A DNA stretch of 56,115 bases, the filler included, from Sphacelaria rigidula (lineage: Eukaryota), in the NCBI GenBank assembly GCA_964200075.2. It is 4 parts of 4 records of this genome, joined end to end, with 100 filler letters (N's around TTAATTAATTAA, not from the genome) between each part and the next. Parts side by side here need not be neighbours in the genome. Positions count along the whole stretch, not along the records: positions 28,109 to 42,062 come from CAXNAA020002558.1; positions 42,163 to 56,115 come from CAXNAA020002559.1; 2 more parts are not named here. One strand, written 5' to 3'. Below the pieces are notes generated by a model, which made no database searches, was not told the DNA's origin, and worked only from the letters and a program-made list of their open reading frames with translations. Position numbers and translations under genes: made by a program. Of this stretch, positions 38,684 through 50,303 are shown one piece after another (the stretch's first letter is position 1; every line of letters starts with the position of its first letter).

Positions 38684-38984
38684 TTTTCCCTCACACTTTG
38701 AACCCCTCCCCTCCCTCGGGATGAGTCCGTGGTCTCAAGGGATCAAGCCATATCTCCCCCGGTACGTGCCTTTCATTTTGATCTCGCGAATTGGATCAAC
38801 ATTCCCGCACCGCGTCAACTCACGTCACACCAACCCAGCCGACTACTTTTGTTTACTCGCGTTCTCACGCTTTCCACGGTGGAAATCATACATCACGAAG
38901 CAAAAACACAACGCATCGGGGATCGAACCCCAGTCTCTCCACCCTGATGGCGACAGTCCGACCATTACACCACCGGGGCGCGGC
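38684..38984 (-). mobile_element. tRNA-derived SINE, inserted in a TA-rich tract
   Basis: Reverse-complement homolog of the other two copies; A-box TGGTGTAATGG and B-box GGTTCGATCCC. Confidence 0.85.
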
Positions 38985-41825
38985 ATATATATATATATAT
39001 AAACACACGACTTGTATTCATTGTATAGACGGCTGCGACCAAGCACGGAACAAAAATGATGGAACGTAGGGTGGGAGTAGTGTGCGGTGCAACAGAGCAT
39101 TTTTTGTTTCAATCGGTCGGGACGGAATCCGGCTGCATCAGTCGATAGGGAAACGGGAAACCTACACGAGAGAAAAAAAAAACACGCGAAATGAAGAAAC
39201 GAAAAATAAAGATGACTGTTGACGGGGTATGGCGTTACGTTCGAAGCAGGGTAAGACGCTGCTTGTTGACAAAAAGCACACAGAGAGGACGGACAGAAAA
39301 GTAACCCAGATACACGTGAAGTAAGGCGAGTGGGTAGCTTCCCCTGAGCTGCGGTCGCCCTTCACGCAACAATCACCACATACTTTCAAGTAAATTTGAC
39401 CAGTCATTAAAAACACGATCAAGATTTTTTCGAAGATTGTTTACCTTGTATATTACACTTTTTTAAGTGACTCAAGATTGTGGCTGCGAACGACAACGTC
39501 AACCGCTGAAGAACGTCAACTCTGACATAAATCCTAACCCGAAGCGACAGAGTAGGTCATAGCTTTACACGAAACCCCTCAGTTGGGATAAATTGGGAGG
39601 ACTACTCCAGAAACGTTTACACAACAGCCCGTAATTCCGGCGCGCATAGTCAAGATATGGATCCTCATAGCACACCACGAGCGCTCCGCGCAACGCAATC
39701 GGAGTGATTCCACCAGAGAACGATGGAAACGGACGGTGCGGGGATGAACGAGCTACTGCTCGAAACTAGCGATTGCGGAGGTTGCTCGAGGCCGTAATGA
39801 ACACTACGCAACACGGTCTCCTTGAATATCGCGCACATAAAAACTACTGACCCTAAAATAAAAAATACACATATGTATACCGACATAATTGTTCAAGATC
39901 AGAGTGGCTAATGTAGAATTCAGTGTTCAGACCCCGTGCCTCGGGACTCTTGGAGGGTAAAACGGGCTGATCGAGTGGTCCTGTGCTACGATGTGACGTC
40001 TCCTGCACGAAAATCTCCCAGAAGGAAGTGTTACGTCACGTGACAGCTGTCTCTTTTCATACTTGATATGTAAATCGACAAACAAGCACACGTGCATCTT
40101 CAACAGGCACCATTGTCCATCCCTGTCCGCCCGATCATCGTCAGTCCTCCACACATGGCAATTTTTCTGTTCAACTAGACTCGTTCATCTTCCATCCACA
40201 CGACAATTCCCACGTACGTTCAGGGAACCATCACAATAGTGAAAACGTTACTGCCCTCCAAACCCCTCAACTCACAAATTTTCCCAGAATTACAGTAGTA
40301 CTCCATAATTTCAACTTTGTTCAATACTTACGTTCTTCGTATTCACCCTACTCATTAGTTCCATCGGGAACGGCCATTTGTGTTTTTATCCTCCTCTTCC
40401 TTCCTTTTCTTATGCTTTCCCTTTTTTTCTGTTTTCGATCTGTCTCATTTCTGTACGTTCCTTTCCTATCCTTTCCTTTCCTGTCCTTTATTTCCCATTC
40501 CTTACTTTTATCCTTCTGTTTCATTCATCTCTCGTTTTTTTTGCTCAATCTACTCCGTTCGCTCCCAATCCTTTGTTTCCATCGCCTCAACTCGCTCGTC
40601 ACCTTTCCTTGAGCGAGCGTCTCCATTTTTTTCACCTTTAATACGTCTATCTTGAGACGACGGCGACATCTCGCGAGAATCAGAGAGTGTGTGCACAATC
40701 AATCAGCCAGTCGACAAATCAATCGATCAATGGATGGATCAATCAACCTAACCGATATGCGAACCAATCACTTCAATATGTTTCTGACATCGGACCTCTT
40801 TGATACACAATACCTCCAAATACAGGTCGCAGAGTGAGGAGGTACCTCCGTGGTTCGCGGGCGCACTGTGCCTAGGGTTGCAGTCCTTCGCCACTGCTGT
40901 ACGCACGGGCTGAAAGATATACCTTCTAAAAAGACATACTGTGCTATACTGGGTATTTTCCACATATCAAAATCAACATGAAACCGTGTTCATTGGCAGC
41001 AACAAAAATATTGTCTCTCTTGTACTGGTTGTTCATATATGAACAGTAACCATAACCTTCGTTCGCTGAGCAAAAGAAACGGGTCAAGGCTTTTCATGCT
41101 AGTTCCAGAATGATCAGAACAGAACCGTACTTGCTTTTCCAGAGGATGCTGCTGAAAACCTCAAGTAGAACCAGGTCCGGAACTCGCGTGGCACTCACAA
41201 AAAACGACGAGGGACAATTTTCCAGCGCTCGTGAGAGCACACGTCCATCTGTCGGGTCTATATTCTTCATTCATGACTAGCAGTCAGCATATCATCTCGG
41301 CCCTCGGCCCTTTATGTGCTGAGGCCACCTACACTTCCAAGCGTGTAAAGATTTGAAAACATGTCAGGGGTGTGTCGGGTAGAATATCTCTCACACATGG
41401 ATGTTTTGAAAAATCGTACTCGAAAATACCCACATGTTGGGTAGCGTAAAGTGATCGCGCCAAACTCCTTTCAATTTTTGGGTTCGAGCTGGTTCGAGCT
41501 GGGCCAGCTGACAGCGATTTTTTGATAGTGGAGATGCAATTGGTAATCCAAAGAGTTGGGCGGTGAAATTTTGACACGAAATGTCTAATCATCAACCCGC
41601 GCAACCCTATGAGAAGTGCAGAGGAAAAAAACGAAACAGGAGGTTAGGGCGAGCTGAAGTTTCAGCCAAAACAGGGAAAATGCTATAACTTCGTAAACAT
41701 TTGATTAAAACGACTGCAATCACCAGTGGGTTGCGTCAACGACTGCGTCACGGACATCCTGGTAAAGTTTCGGCTAGAAGTACATCGAGTTAAGCATCGC
41801 GTCGCACTTTTCGTGCAACACGGCT

Positions 41826-41895
41826 GCGCCCCGCTGGTCAAACTGATGCAACAGCCTCATATTACGCAGGTCACGAGTTCGAACCCTGACATGAC
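41826..41895 (+). mobile_element. Degenerate tRNA-like head, probably a SINE
   Basis: GCGCCCCGCTGGTCAAACTG...GAGTTCGAACCC (B-box-like); no complete cloverleaf. Confidence 0.4.
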
Positions 41896-42062
41896 CACTT
41901 TCTGCTGGTGCGTAATCTAATCGTGCATTATCTCTCGTACCCCCCGGGTTGCAAAGGGTCTCGATATTTTGGTGACGGTCTCGCTTATGGGGGCGTACTC
42001 ATTTGTTGCTTGCCTTAGTCGTGTGACCATTGACCACGCATCCCTTTCGAGACGGAGCAGGG

Positions 42063-42162
42063 NNNNNNNNNNNNNNNNNNNNNNNNNNNNNNNNNNNNNN
42101 NNNNNNTTAATTAATTAANNNNNNNNNNNNNNNNNNNNNNNNNNNNNNNNNNNNNNNNNNNN
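42063..42162. other. Artificial scaffold linker
   Basis: N44-TTAATTAATTAA-N44. Confidence 0.99.
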
Positions 42163-42167
42163 ACAAA

Positions 42168-42208
<41 letters not shown>

Positions 42209-42235
42209 TAATAATGATAATAATGATAATAATGA
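42168..42235. repeat. (AAT)n/(AATAATGAT)n microsatellite
   Basis: Direct reading. Confidence 0.95.
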
Positions 42236-45200
42236 GGTAAGCCACGGCGGACGCGCGTGGCAGCAGTGCTGCAGGTGTCTACGGCACAGGTCTCGCACGC
42301 GTGGAGGTTTTGAACAAAATGACGAAGAACAATGAATGATCCTGACATTCACAATAATTCATCAGTAGAAGCAAATGGGGACTTCCAACCCCACGGCTAA
42401 CCGTAACCACCACGAAAGCAAAAAGGCCTGACCGTGTTGGCGCCAACCCGACTGCGCTACTTTCACGGAGAGCCTATCCCAAAGAAGCAAGGACCAAACC
42501 GAGTAGAGAGGCGCCCCATCTCTCCTCTAGCCCCCCATCGGAGGCACAGCAATATCCCCTCAAGGTGTGCCTTGGACCATTCATGTTGAGGTGACAACAT
42601 ATCAGATCTTTTTTTTCTTTTCCACCGCACGTTCGCGAAGACACGCCGATAGATTAAAATCACTTTTGAAAATTGATTACCCCAACAACGTAGTGTTACT
42701 CCTCTTCAATAACATGGAGGCGGTATTTTCGGAGATTAAGCGCCTCAAGACAGCACACCTGGCGTCTGATGATGAGGGAAGATTATGTATGTGTGGGTTG
42801 AAGCCGAACGTAGGTGTTGACGCAGCAGTTTCAGCGACCCAAGGCGTTTCGTTTGCTGCGCGACTTGAAAGGATGATTATGCACGATGCTGCGGTGATTC
42901 CGAAAACAAGAACACTTTCTGATGACAATGCTAGAGAGTAACTGACGATATGAAATCCACGCGGGGGCAGGGGTAGATCTTGTCATCCTTGTTGTTTACG
43001 TCGGCCACCTGTTGGTCGAGCCTGGCATCAATACGGGGAATAACCACCAGTTAAGGTTCTTCACATGTTACAGGCAGATGACCTCGGGTTTAATACGCCG
43101 TGTCGAGCAAGACGCGGCCTCACAGCATAGCCAAAGAGAAGAGTGTCTTCTGCCAAGGACCACCAAGGACCTGTTCCGCCAGGGGGTGACGTCTCCTCCT
43201 TCACAGTGCCAGACTTAGCGTGGCGGTCACCACGACGGTCTGAGAATGGCAGGGGCCGTTGCTGTAGTTTTCTTCTATCAGAATCAACAGGATATTCTTC
43301 GGTGCCATGCTCCCACGTGAAGAAACGTACCCTTCTCTGACAGGCGCATGATCGCCCTCCTGCGGACTTTTCACTTGGTTCCAGAGTAGAACAGAGTGCG
43401 ACTTGCAACTTGAATGTTTTTCACGAATGGATCGCGGTTATGCTGGCCCTGCCCAGGCATGATTCGCATCGTACAGTCAGTAATACAGTACTCGTTGTAC
43501 TGCCACTAAGGAGACACAGTGTCAACTTCGTCGGGTATTGCCGTGTCGGCATACACATCGTGCAATGAACGCTTTCCCCTTCCGCAGTGATATGCATCCT
43601 TTCCCATCCTGCAGCCAAACGCACGGTGGCGGGTCTGTAGCGCCAGATATCCGTGCTGATGTGGCGACCTCTCTTCCAACGACGTCTGCCCCTCTAGTCT
43701 CAGTATACTTTAGGCCTTGGAGCATCACGGTCTCCAAGTATCGACGCGGATGATGAATTATAATTACAGAAAAATGCCTCCATACTATGGAAAAAGAAAA
43801 CACTGAACGAGCAGTTTTCAGTCTGATCGAGAACCATTTTCGTCCAGATTAGGGTTGCACACCAACTACCAAAGAAGGGTTGATAAGTTGTATTCACGAA
43901 AATAAAGGAGGCGCTTTCGTCGTGTAACGTCAACATTTTGCGTACGGCGTGCGGGAGCAAGCGATGGACCTACCCAAGTCGACGATACACGGCTACAGCA
44001 GATCCACACGGCACTGTCCACACATGGGAGGAACAGCACACAACAGACCGCAATACAGCACAGCAGAAAAGCAGTACGCTCAGGGTTACACGAAACTATA
44101 CACCATGAGTGGCGCGGTCAGTCGCGGTGCAGGTGCTGTACCCGTGACCGGCAATTCCGCATCGGGGTGTTCTCCCTCCCATGACAATAGTCAAGATGGA
44201 AATGCAATGTCAACGGTATAATAGGGTGTCTTGAAATACTGCTTGCAGGGCACCGGTTCTGTGTCGAATGCCTCGAGTATCTACCAGGAGCCCGGGAAAG
44301 TTTGGCAAGGTGTGAGATATGTTGCTACTTTGTCTACTGGTTGTCGCTACCGTGCGATCGTGTACATACATATGTGTGAAGGCGTGGCCGGCATCCGAGG
44401 CCATCGTGACAGAGCGCGCAGGGAGCAGAAGCGAATATACGAACGTCGCAAAGACCACCAGACTTTTCGTGTTTTGTCCGTGTTTCTTGGTCGATTTCTT
44501 CAACATTCAACAAAATAAATGAAAATCACGACATTCTTCGAAAAGTGCCCTCCGACAGGGGAGAGAGGGCTACGCTTCCGAATAAATCTCACGGCAGACC
44601 CTTGCTGACACTTTCAAAATAGTCCATTGATGATGATTATCAGTTGATTGAATCAACTAACCAACCCCGTGGGTTAGGACCGTTCATATCGAAGGGGATT
44701 GTTCCCTTTTTCAAAATCCTCTGTTTGAAAAACGATCGCTGATTGGTCGCTGCGATACCACCCCCACTAAAACAAAACCCTCTAAATATGCCCAGAAATC
44801 CCCTTTTGAAAAGGGGATGTGATGTCCGGACACCTTGAAGGGAAACATTCATGTCCGGTTGACAGGGGCACATGCAAAGGCTCACCACACAACCCAACAC
44901 AATCAGAGCTGAACCTGAGGAACAAAGCGATTTGATTTGTTCTACATGAGTGAAAACGGTTAAGTTTGCCATGTTCACGGCTTTCAGAACAACACACGCT
45001 GCAGCTACTACAATTATTACAGTACTCACTGTATATTCTGTATTGCGAATAATGTTTGCGATAGTGTACTGTCTGAGGAGTACATATCTACAAAAAACAA
45101 CCAACGTGTACAGACAACAGCAGCTGGGTTGCCTGCCTGCCAAGCATGCACGATAAGTTGAAGGATTGGTGTTGGTGGCTCGTCTGTGTGTGTGAGCTGA

Positions 45201-45627
45201 TGCTGAGCGTGTCATTATGATGCTTCGTCTCTGTTGTGCGCGGGTGAATTCAAAAATGTGTTCGATAGACCGGCGGGTCTGCTCAAACGTGCTGTGGAAA
45301 TGGTTCTGTCGTACAGGTAGGTTCTGTAGATTTGCCTGTACAGGCAAACATATGCCGGCCGTGATGTTCATAAATCGGGAGGCGGGGCTTGCCTGCGGCA
45401 AACCTCAGATAATGTATGAGAGTATACATATCTAACAACGCCAAATGAACCCCCGGTGTTTGCTCAGCACCACCCTTCATGGCAAAGAAAATCGCCCAAG
45501 TTTGGGACGGCACGGCGTAAGCTGTTGCTGAGCATCGATGCCAGGAGTCGGGTGGGCATGGCGTGCGGTGCAAACAGTCGGTAAGGAGTCGAGATGTATT
45601 TGGTCACGGCCTGTCGTGGTGTACACT

Positions 45628-46230
45628 TGCTACAGGAGCAATTTCAGAGCTAGCAAAGAACAATGTGTATTCACTGCTGTACTGCACTGTACTTTTATGT
45701 ACGACGCTCCATAACTGTATAGCGCAGGTTATCGCAAGCATGGCGTAGGGACCATCTGTCGGTGAACAGGTTGTATGTAGGTACTTGGTGCTATATATTT
45801 ATTTTGTGTGTGAAACGGACAGCACCGTGTACATTCCATAAGTCCGCTTCTCCGATTCCGTCATTTGCTTCTTGCAATGCCTGTTGAGCATCATGACATG
45901 CGACAGGAGAAGCCACCACTCTGTTGGATAGCAGTGGTTGCAAGGAACAACATGTATTCGCTGCTGTACTGTACTGTACTACTTTATGTACGACGGTCCA
46001 TAGCTGTACAGCGCAGGCTGTCGCGAGCATGGCGTAGGCAGCACCTGCGTAGGGACCACCTGGTGGTGAGCAGGTTATATGTACTTGGTGCTACATATAT
46101 ATATATATATATATTGTATGTGAAACGATGTTGAAACGGGCAGCACCGTATACAACTAAATGTTCGCTTTTCCGATTCAGTCCTTTGTTTCTCATCACGC
46201 CTATTGAGCAACATGGCATGCGACAGGAAT
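45628..46230 (+). repeat. Diverged tandem duplication, units ~270 and ~320 bp
   Basis: TG(C/T)GACAGGAG-like anchors at 45628, 45899, 46219; shared TGTATTC.CTGCTGTACTG.ACTGTACT.TTTATGTACGACG and GTACTTGGTGCTA. Confidence 0.85.
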
Positions 46231-46558
46231 ACTAGTCTGAGCGTATTGTAAAAGGTGTTTTAAGAAATATCATTTTTAACTCGAATTGATTATGTTTTTT
46301 CCGGACACGTTTGTACTGATATGTGTATGGAACGGAGAGACATTAACGCTATTCATATATAGGATAAAGCAATCAAAACCCGTACATCTTACGGCGCAAC
46401 AAAGCCTGAGTGATCGACCTGGTGTGATGCGATAGAAGACGGGATTACCAACCAACGCAACCAACCAGCCACCCGGATGGACAATTCAACACAGGCGGGA
46501 AACGGGAACGATTGCCCGAGCAGGCTCGTGTACGCGGCCACAAAAAACGCCAGCTCAC

Positions 46559-46711
46559 CTTGAAGTCCTTTTCCCTGGCTTCGGCCTCTCTTTTGGCCCA
46601 CTTCAGCTCCTTCGCCTGCTCATCAACCTTGTTTTTCAACACGAACACCTCTGTCGCGAGATCTACGCAACGATCCTGGATCACCAGAAAATGACCAATA
46701 AGGGCGTCCAT
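46559..46711 (-). CDS. Candidate exon, coiled-coil-like peptide
   Basis: DALIGHFLVIQDRCVDLATEVFVLKNKVDEQAKELKWAKREAEAREKDFK ending at AAG|GTGAGC; no clear acceptor. Confidence 0.4.
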
Positions 46712-48239
46712 GCATTAGCATGTGCATTATTTACGAAAATTTAGATATAAATTATGTATACAGCATGCGTTCGGGAAGAAAAGAGCGGAGGGCGGGAGAA
46801 AGAGAGAAGAAGGAGCAGGGACAAGGGCAGGCGGAAAGTAACGTGATTTGCTCCCAGGGCAGAGGTGGTACACAATACATACCCCCCCACACACACACGT
46901 AGCCCGCATAGATATGCACACTGGTGACGAACCGCAGCGCAACATGTCCGCGACGCGTGCCTCCGACGTAGGGAATAGTAGTGGCGGTACTGGACAGGCG
47001 AGTCTACGTCTGTTACCACGGGTTCGAGACACCGGGCTGATGTGCGCAAAATATCTTAAAACATAATATCAAGGAGAAAAACAGCAGCAGCAACAACAAC
47101 AACAACAACAATTACACTTACAATTGCAATTACAAAAATAATAACAACGAAAATGATGATAAATAATAAATAATATCTCCACCCCACCGCGAGACGCGTG
47201 ACCATGAGTACACCCACCTCGAGACACCGGATCATATTCCTCCGAGTCTCGTGAAATAGGATACCAGCTGTTGGCTTGCAGGAAGTTTGACTCGTCCAGC
47301 AAAGCATATCAAAACGAATCGATCGATCGAGGCACAACAATACTTGTCTTTTTCGTCCACCTGTAAATGCTTGGCCTCGAGAACAGCCGAAGTCTCCAGT
47401 TCCGCGCGCACATCTCGACCGGCTAAGATAGAGGGTTGTAGCTGCAGAAAACGCATTTTACGACCAACCCGGCAAATTCCGGCGAAATCCGGCGAAGGAA
47501 GAAACAAAAGGGATGTGCGCGGTCGTTGTGAGGAAACCGAAGCACGAAAACTAGCTGCGAGATTATAGCCGAAGCCCCAGTGTCTACATGAATAAACCAC
47601 CGATACACTGGAAGTATGCAGGGGTGAGAATTAACGCCCATCTCTGCGATAAATATTATAGAGCACAAGTAGATGAACCACACTCGCAGACAGTAGTACA
47701 TAAGGTAAATATAATACTTCTACCCATAGGGTAGGTTGCCGGGCCGGGCCATTCTCCTATGCCGGTGGTATTGAGCGTAATAATAAACACATCTTCACAC
47801 CTCCGTTTGATCGACTGCCACCTCGACAAGTGGTGCTGTACGAGCTGCCTTCTACTTTCTGGCCAAGCAGCTAGTTCAGCTTGAGTCAACATGTGCCAAG
47901 GGTATATCGACACGCAAGCATTTGGTACTTACGATAGACTAGGGCTAGCACAGTAGATTGGCTGTACCATGAGCGGTACGGGAAGCGAACAGCAGCATAC
48001 GGATAGGAAAGTAGTTCAGGAGCAGGAGGCTATCGCTCAAGCGATCGTAGTCACGCCTGACGATTACTATAGTTTCAAGGAATGGCAAGCAAGTGGGGCT
48101 AGAGAAGCTTCCGCAACAGTGGAGACATGAAGCGCGCCACGAAAGGAAGCTGCTCCGATGGTTTTCGGAGCAAGGGGGACATCGCTCATTGGCCGGACCG
48201 GTGCTGGATCCGGTCACCCAAGGGAAGGGACTGGAGCTA

Positions 48240-48789
48240 CAGTAGTGGGCGGTCTAACTATTTAGGGGTGTTTTGGGCATTTCCTCGCGTACCACTCTTC
48301 GATGGAGACTCAAAATTGCTAGCGTCGGTAGATTTTGGTACAATGAACAGATCATCCTCGAAACACAGTGCCCAAGTCGGTGCCAGTTGGTGTTATCGGG
48401 CGAAACGAGTAAAAACCCCAGTTATCAGGAGGGTGTTATTGATAGTGAAACACAGTTTTTCGGCCCTAGTGCAATAAGTAGGCAGAATTCTCAAAAATAA
48501 AACTGTACATTTCGTCACAAATATGATCGGGACAGGCTCGATCGATCGAAAATACAGAAGAGGAGGAATCCGGGCTGAAACGTGGCAGGACCCCCGACGA
48601 ACCGGTCAGGCCGTAAGTCACTCAATATTGAGTACAGATGTTTTTTTTTCTTAGAATGTGGAGCGGATACAAATATCTTAAGATCCCCCGTGTGATGAGC
48701 GATGACAGGCGAAAAGAGTCCGAGAAAATCGCCAATTACGAAAAAATCACGAAATGCCATAAACTGAATAGTCAGACCGCCCACTACTG
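48240..48789 (+). mobile_element. Tc1/mariner(pogo)-type non-autonomous element, 550 bp
   Basis: TA|CAGTAGTGGGCGGTCTAACTATT...AATAGTCAGACCGCCCACTACTG|TA. Confidence 0.9.
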
Positions 48790-49028
48790 TACGCCCTGGG
48801 GTGCCGCAGGTACTCAAGTTGCCAGCACGGCGTTGGGGGTATGTCGTCCGGTCTTGGATTCCCAAGTGCAGTGGCTTTGAGTGCGGGTGTTGGCGTGCAA
48901 AGTCAAAGTAAAACCCAAGGTACATCAATACTTTAGAGTATCGATTCTCGAACGTTGCAGGCTCGACAAGTTCGCCCCTTCGACAGTAACAAAAGTCATG
49001 TGTGGTTGAATTTTAGCGAGAAGCGGGG

Positions 49029-49340
49029 GCTCACTGGTTCAATGGTCCAATGTCCACTTGTGGAACACGAGGTCGGGAGTTCGAGTCTCCAGCCGATCGA
49101 TTGTTGGAGGAATTTGAAATGTGGACGGTCAGGCTTGCGACGGGGGGGGAGTCCTGGAGATCACTGAAAGATCACTGAAGTGTCATGCCGGGACGGACCG
49201 CACAGCATATCTTTTGTTCAGGAAGCGAACGGTTTACCCATTGAAACAGTGAGCTGAGCGCTCACTGGTTCAATGGGTAAACCGTTCGCTTCCTGAACAC
49301 CTGTGACCACCGAAGGCGTCCGCATCAGATCCCCAGTACA
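49029..49340 (+). mobile_element. Rearranged tRNA-headed SINE containing an internal hairpin
   Basis: A-box TGGTTCAATGG and B-box AGTTCGAGTCT at 49035-49090; head start repeated inverted and direct at 49215-49299; 49300-49372 also occurs at 15241-15311. Confidence 0.6.
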
Positions 49341-49775
49341 GAATAGTACCGCGCAGAAATCGGAACGTTTTTAGGCCCATGATTATCGACACCGTTTTTT
49401 CGGAAATCCCTGAAGTTTTCGGTGTTTTCAGACCCGGCGCTTAGCGTTCTCCGAAAATGAAACGGGTCGATTTTTCGCCCGAAGCTCCACGTTAAGAGAA
49501 GTCTGAACACTTCGGACTGCAGCGCAACACTTCGCCGCGCTGCCTTGTGAGCACGCCGTGGCGCGCGCAAGCGTACAAGAGTCATCAGCAACCTTGTTAG
49601 TGACACCCTGGGCTATGCCGTAGAGAAAAAAGCACCGTGTGTTGGCGGTGTCCATCTTCTTAGACGGTGTGTGCGTCGGCAGTGATGGTGGAGCTGTTGG
49701 GGTCAAGCACGGTGGTTGTCCTCGGTGGACACATACGCACTTTCGAAGTGAAGAGCAGAAACAATCCAGGAGCTA

Positions 49776-50303
49776 TAGTACTGGGCGCCTGAACTATTTT
49801 TTGCTCAGAAGGTTTTTTTTCTCGCGACTACTCTTCGATAGAACTCGAAAGTGCTAGCGTCGGTAGATTCCGGTCAAATGAACAGATCGCCTTCCCCCCC
49901 CCAGTGCCCAAGTTAGTGTTGTTCGGTTTCATCGGGCGATACGAGTAGCTACCCCGTTTACCAGGAGGGTGTTATTGACCGTGGAACACAGTTTTCCAGC
50001 TCTACTGCAATGAGTAAGTAAAACTTCGAGAAACGAACCTGTACATTTCTTCACAAACACGATCGGGACATGCTGGATAGACCGAAAATACCGAAGAATC
50101 AGAATCTGGGCTGAAACGTGTCGGGACCCTCGATGGCCGGGCAGCCCGTAAGTCACTCCATATTGAGTACAGGTGATGTTTTTTCTTGGAAAGTAAAGCG
50201 GATACAAGTATCTTCAGATCCTCAATGTGATGAGCGGTGGCAAGCGAAAGAAATCGCCAATTACTAAGGAATTACAAAACGAACAGTCAGGCGCCCAGTA
50301 CTG
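49776..50303 (+). mobile_element. Second copy of the Tc1/mariner-type element
   Basis: TA|TAGTACTGGGCGCCTGA...TCAGGCGCCCAGTACTG|TA; colinear with 48240-48789. Confidence 0.88.

Noticed and set aside
38130-39002. 290-aa + strand ORF
   Set aside because: Runs through two SINEs and antisense to a well-formed exon; chance ORF.
40378-40655. Hydrophobic membrane-protein ORFs
   Set aside because: Artefact of a T/C-rich low-complexity tract open in all three frames.
44640-45401. 253-aa minus-strand ORF
   Set aside because: Intron/repeat-like composition with no motif or splice support.
47656-47913. Myb/SANT-like Harbinger accessory protein fragment (RWQSIKRRC)
   Set aside because: Resemblance rests on a few residues; no transposase or TIRs nearby.
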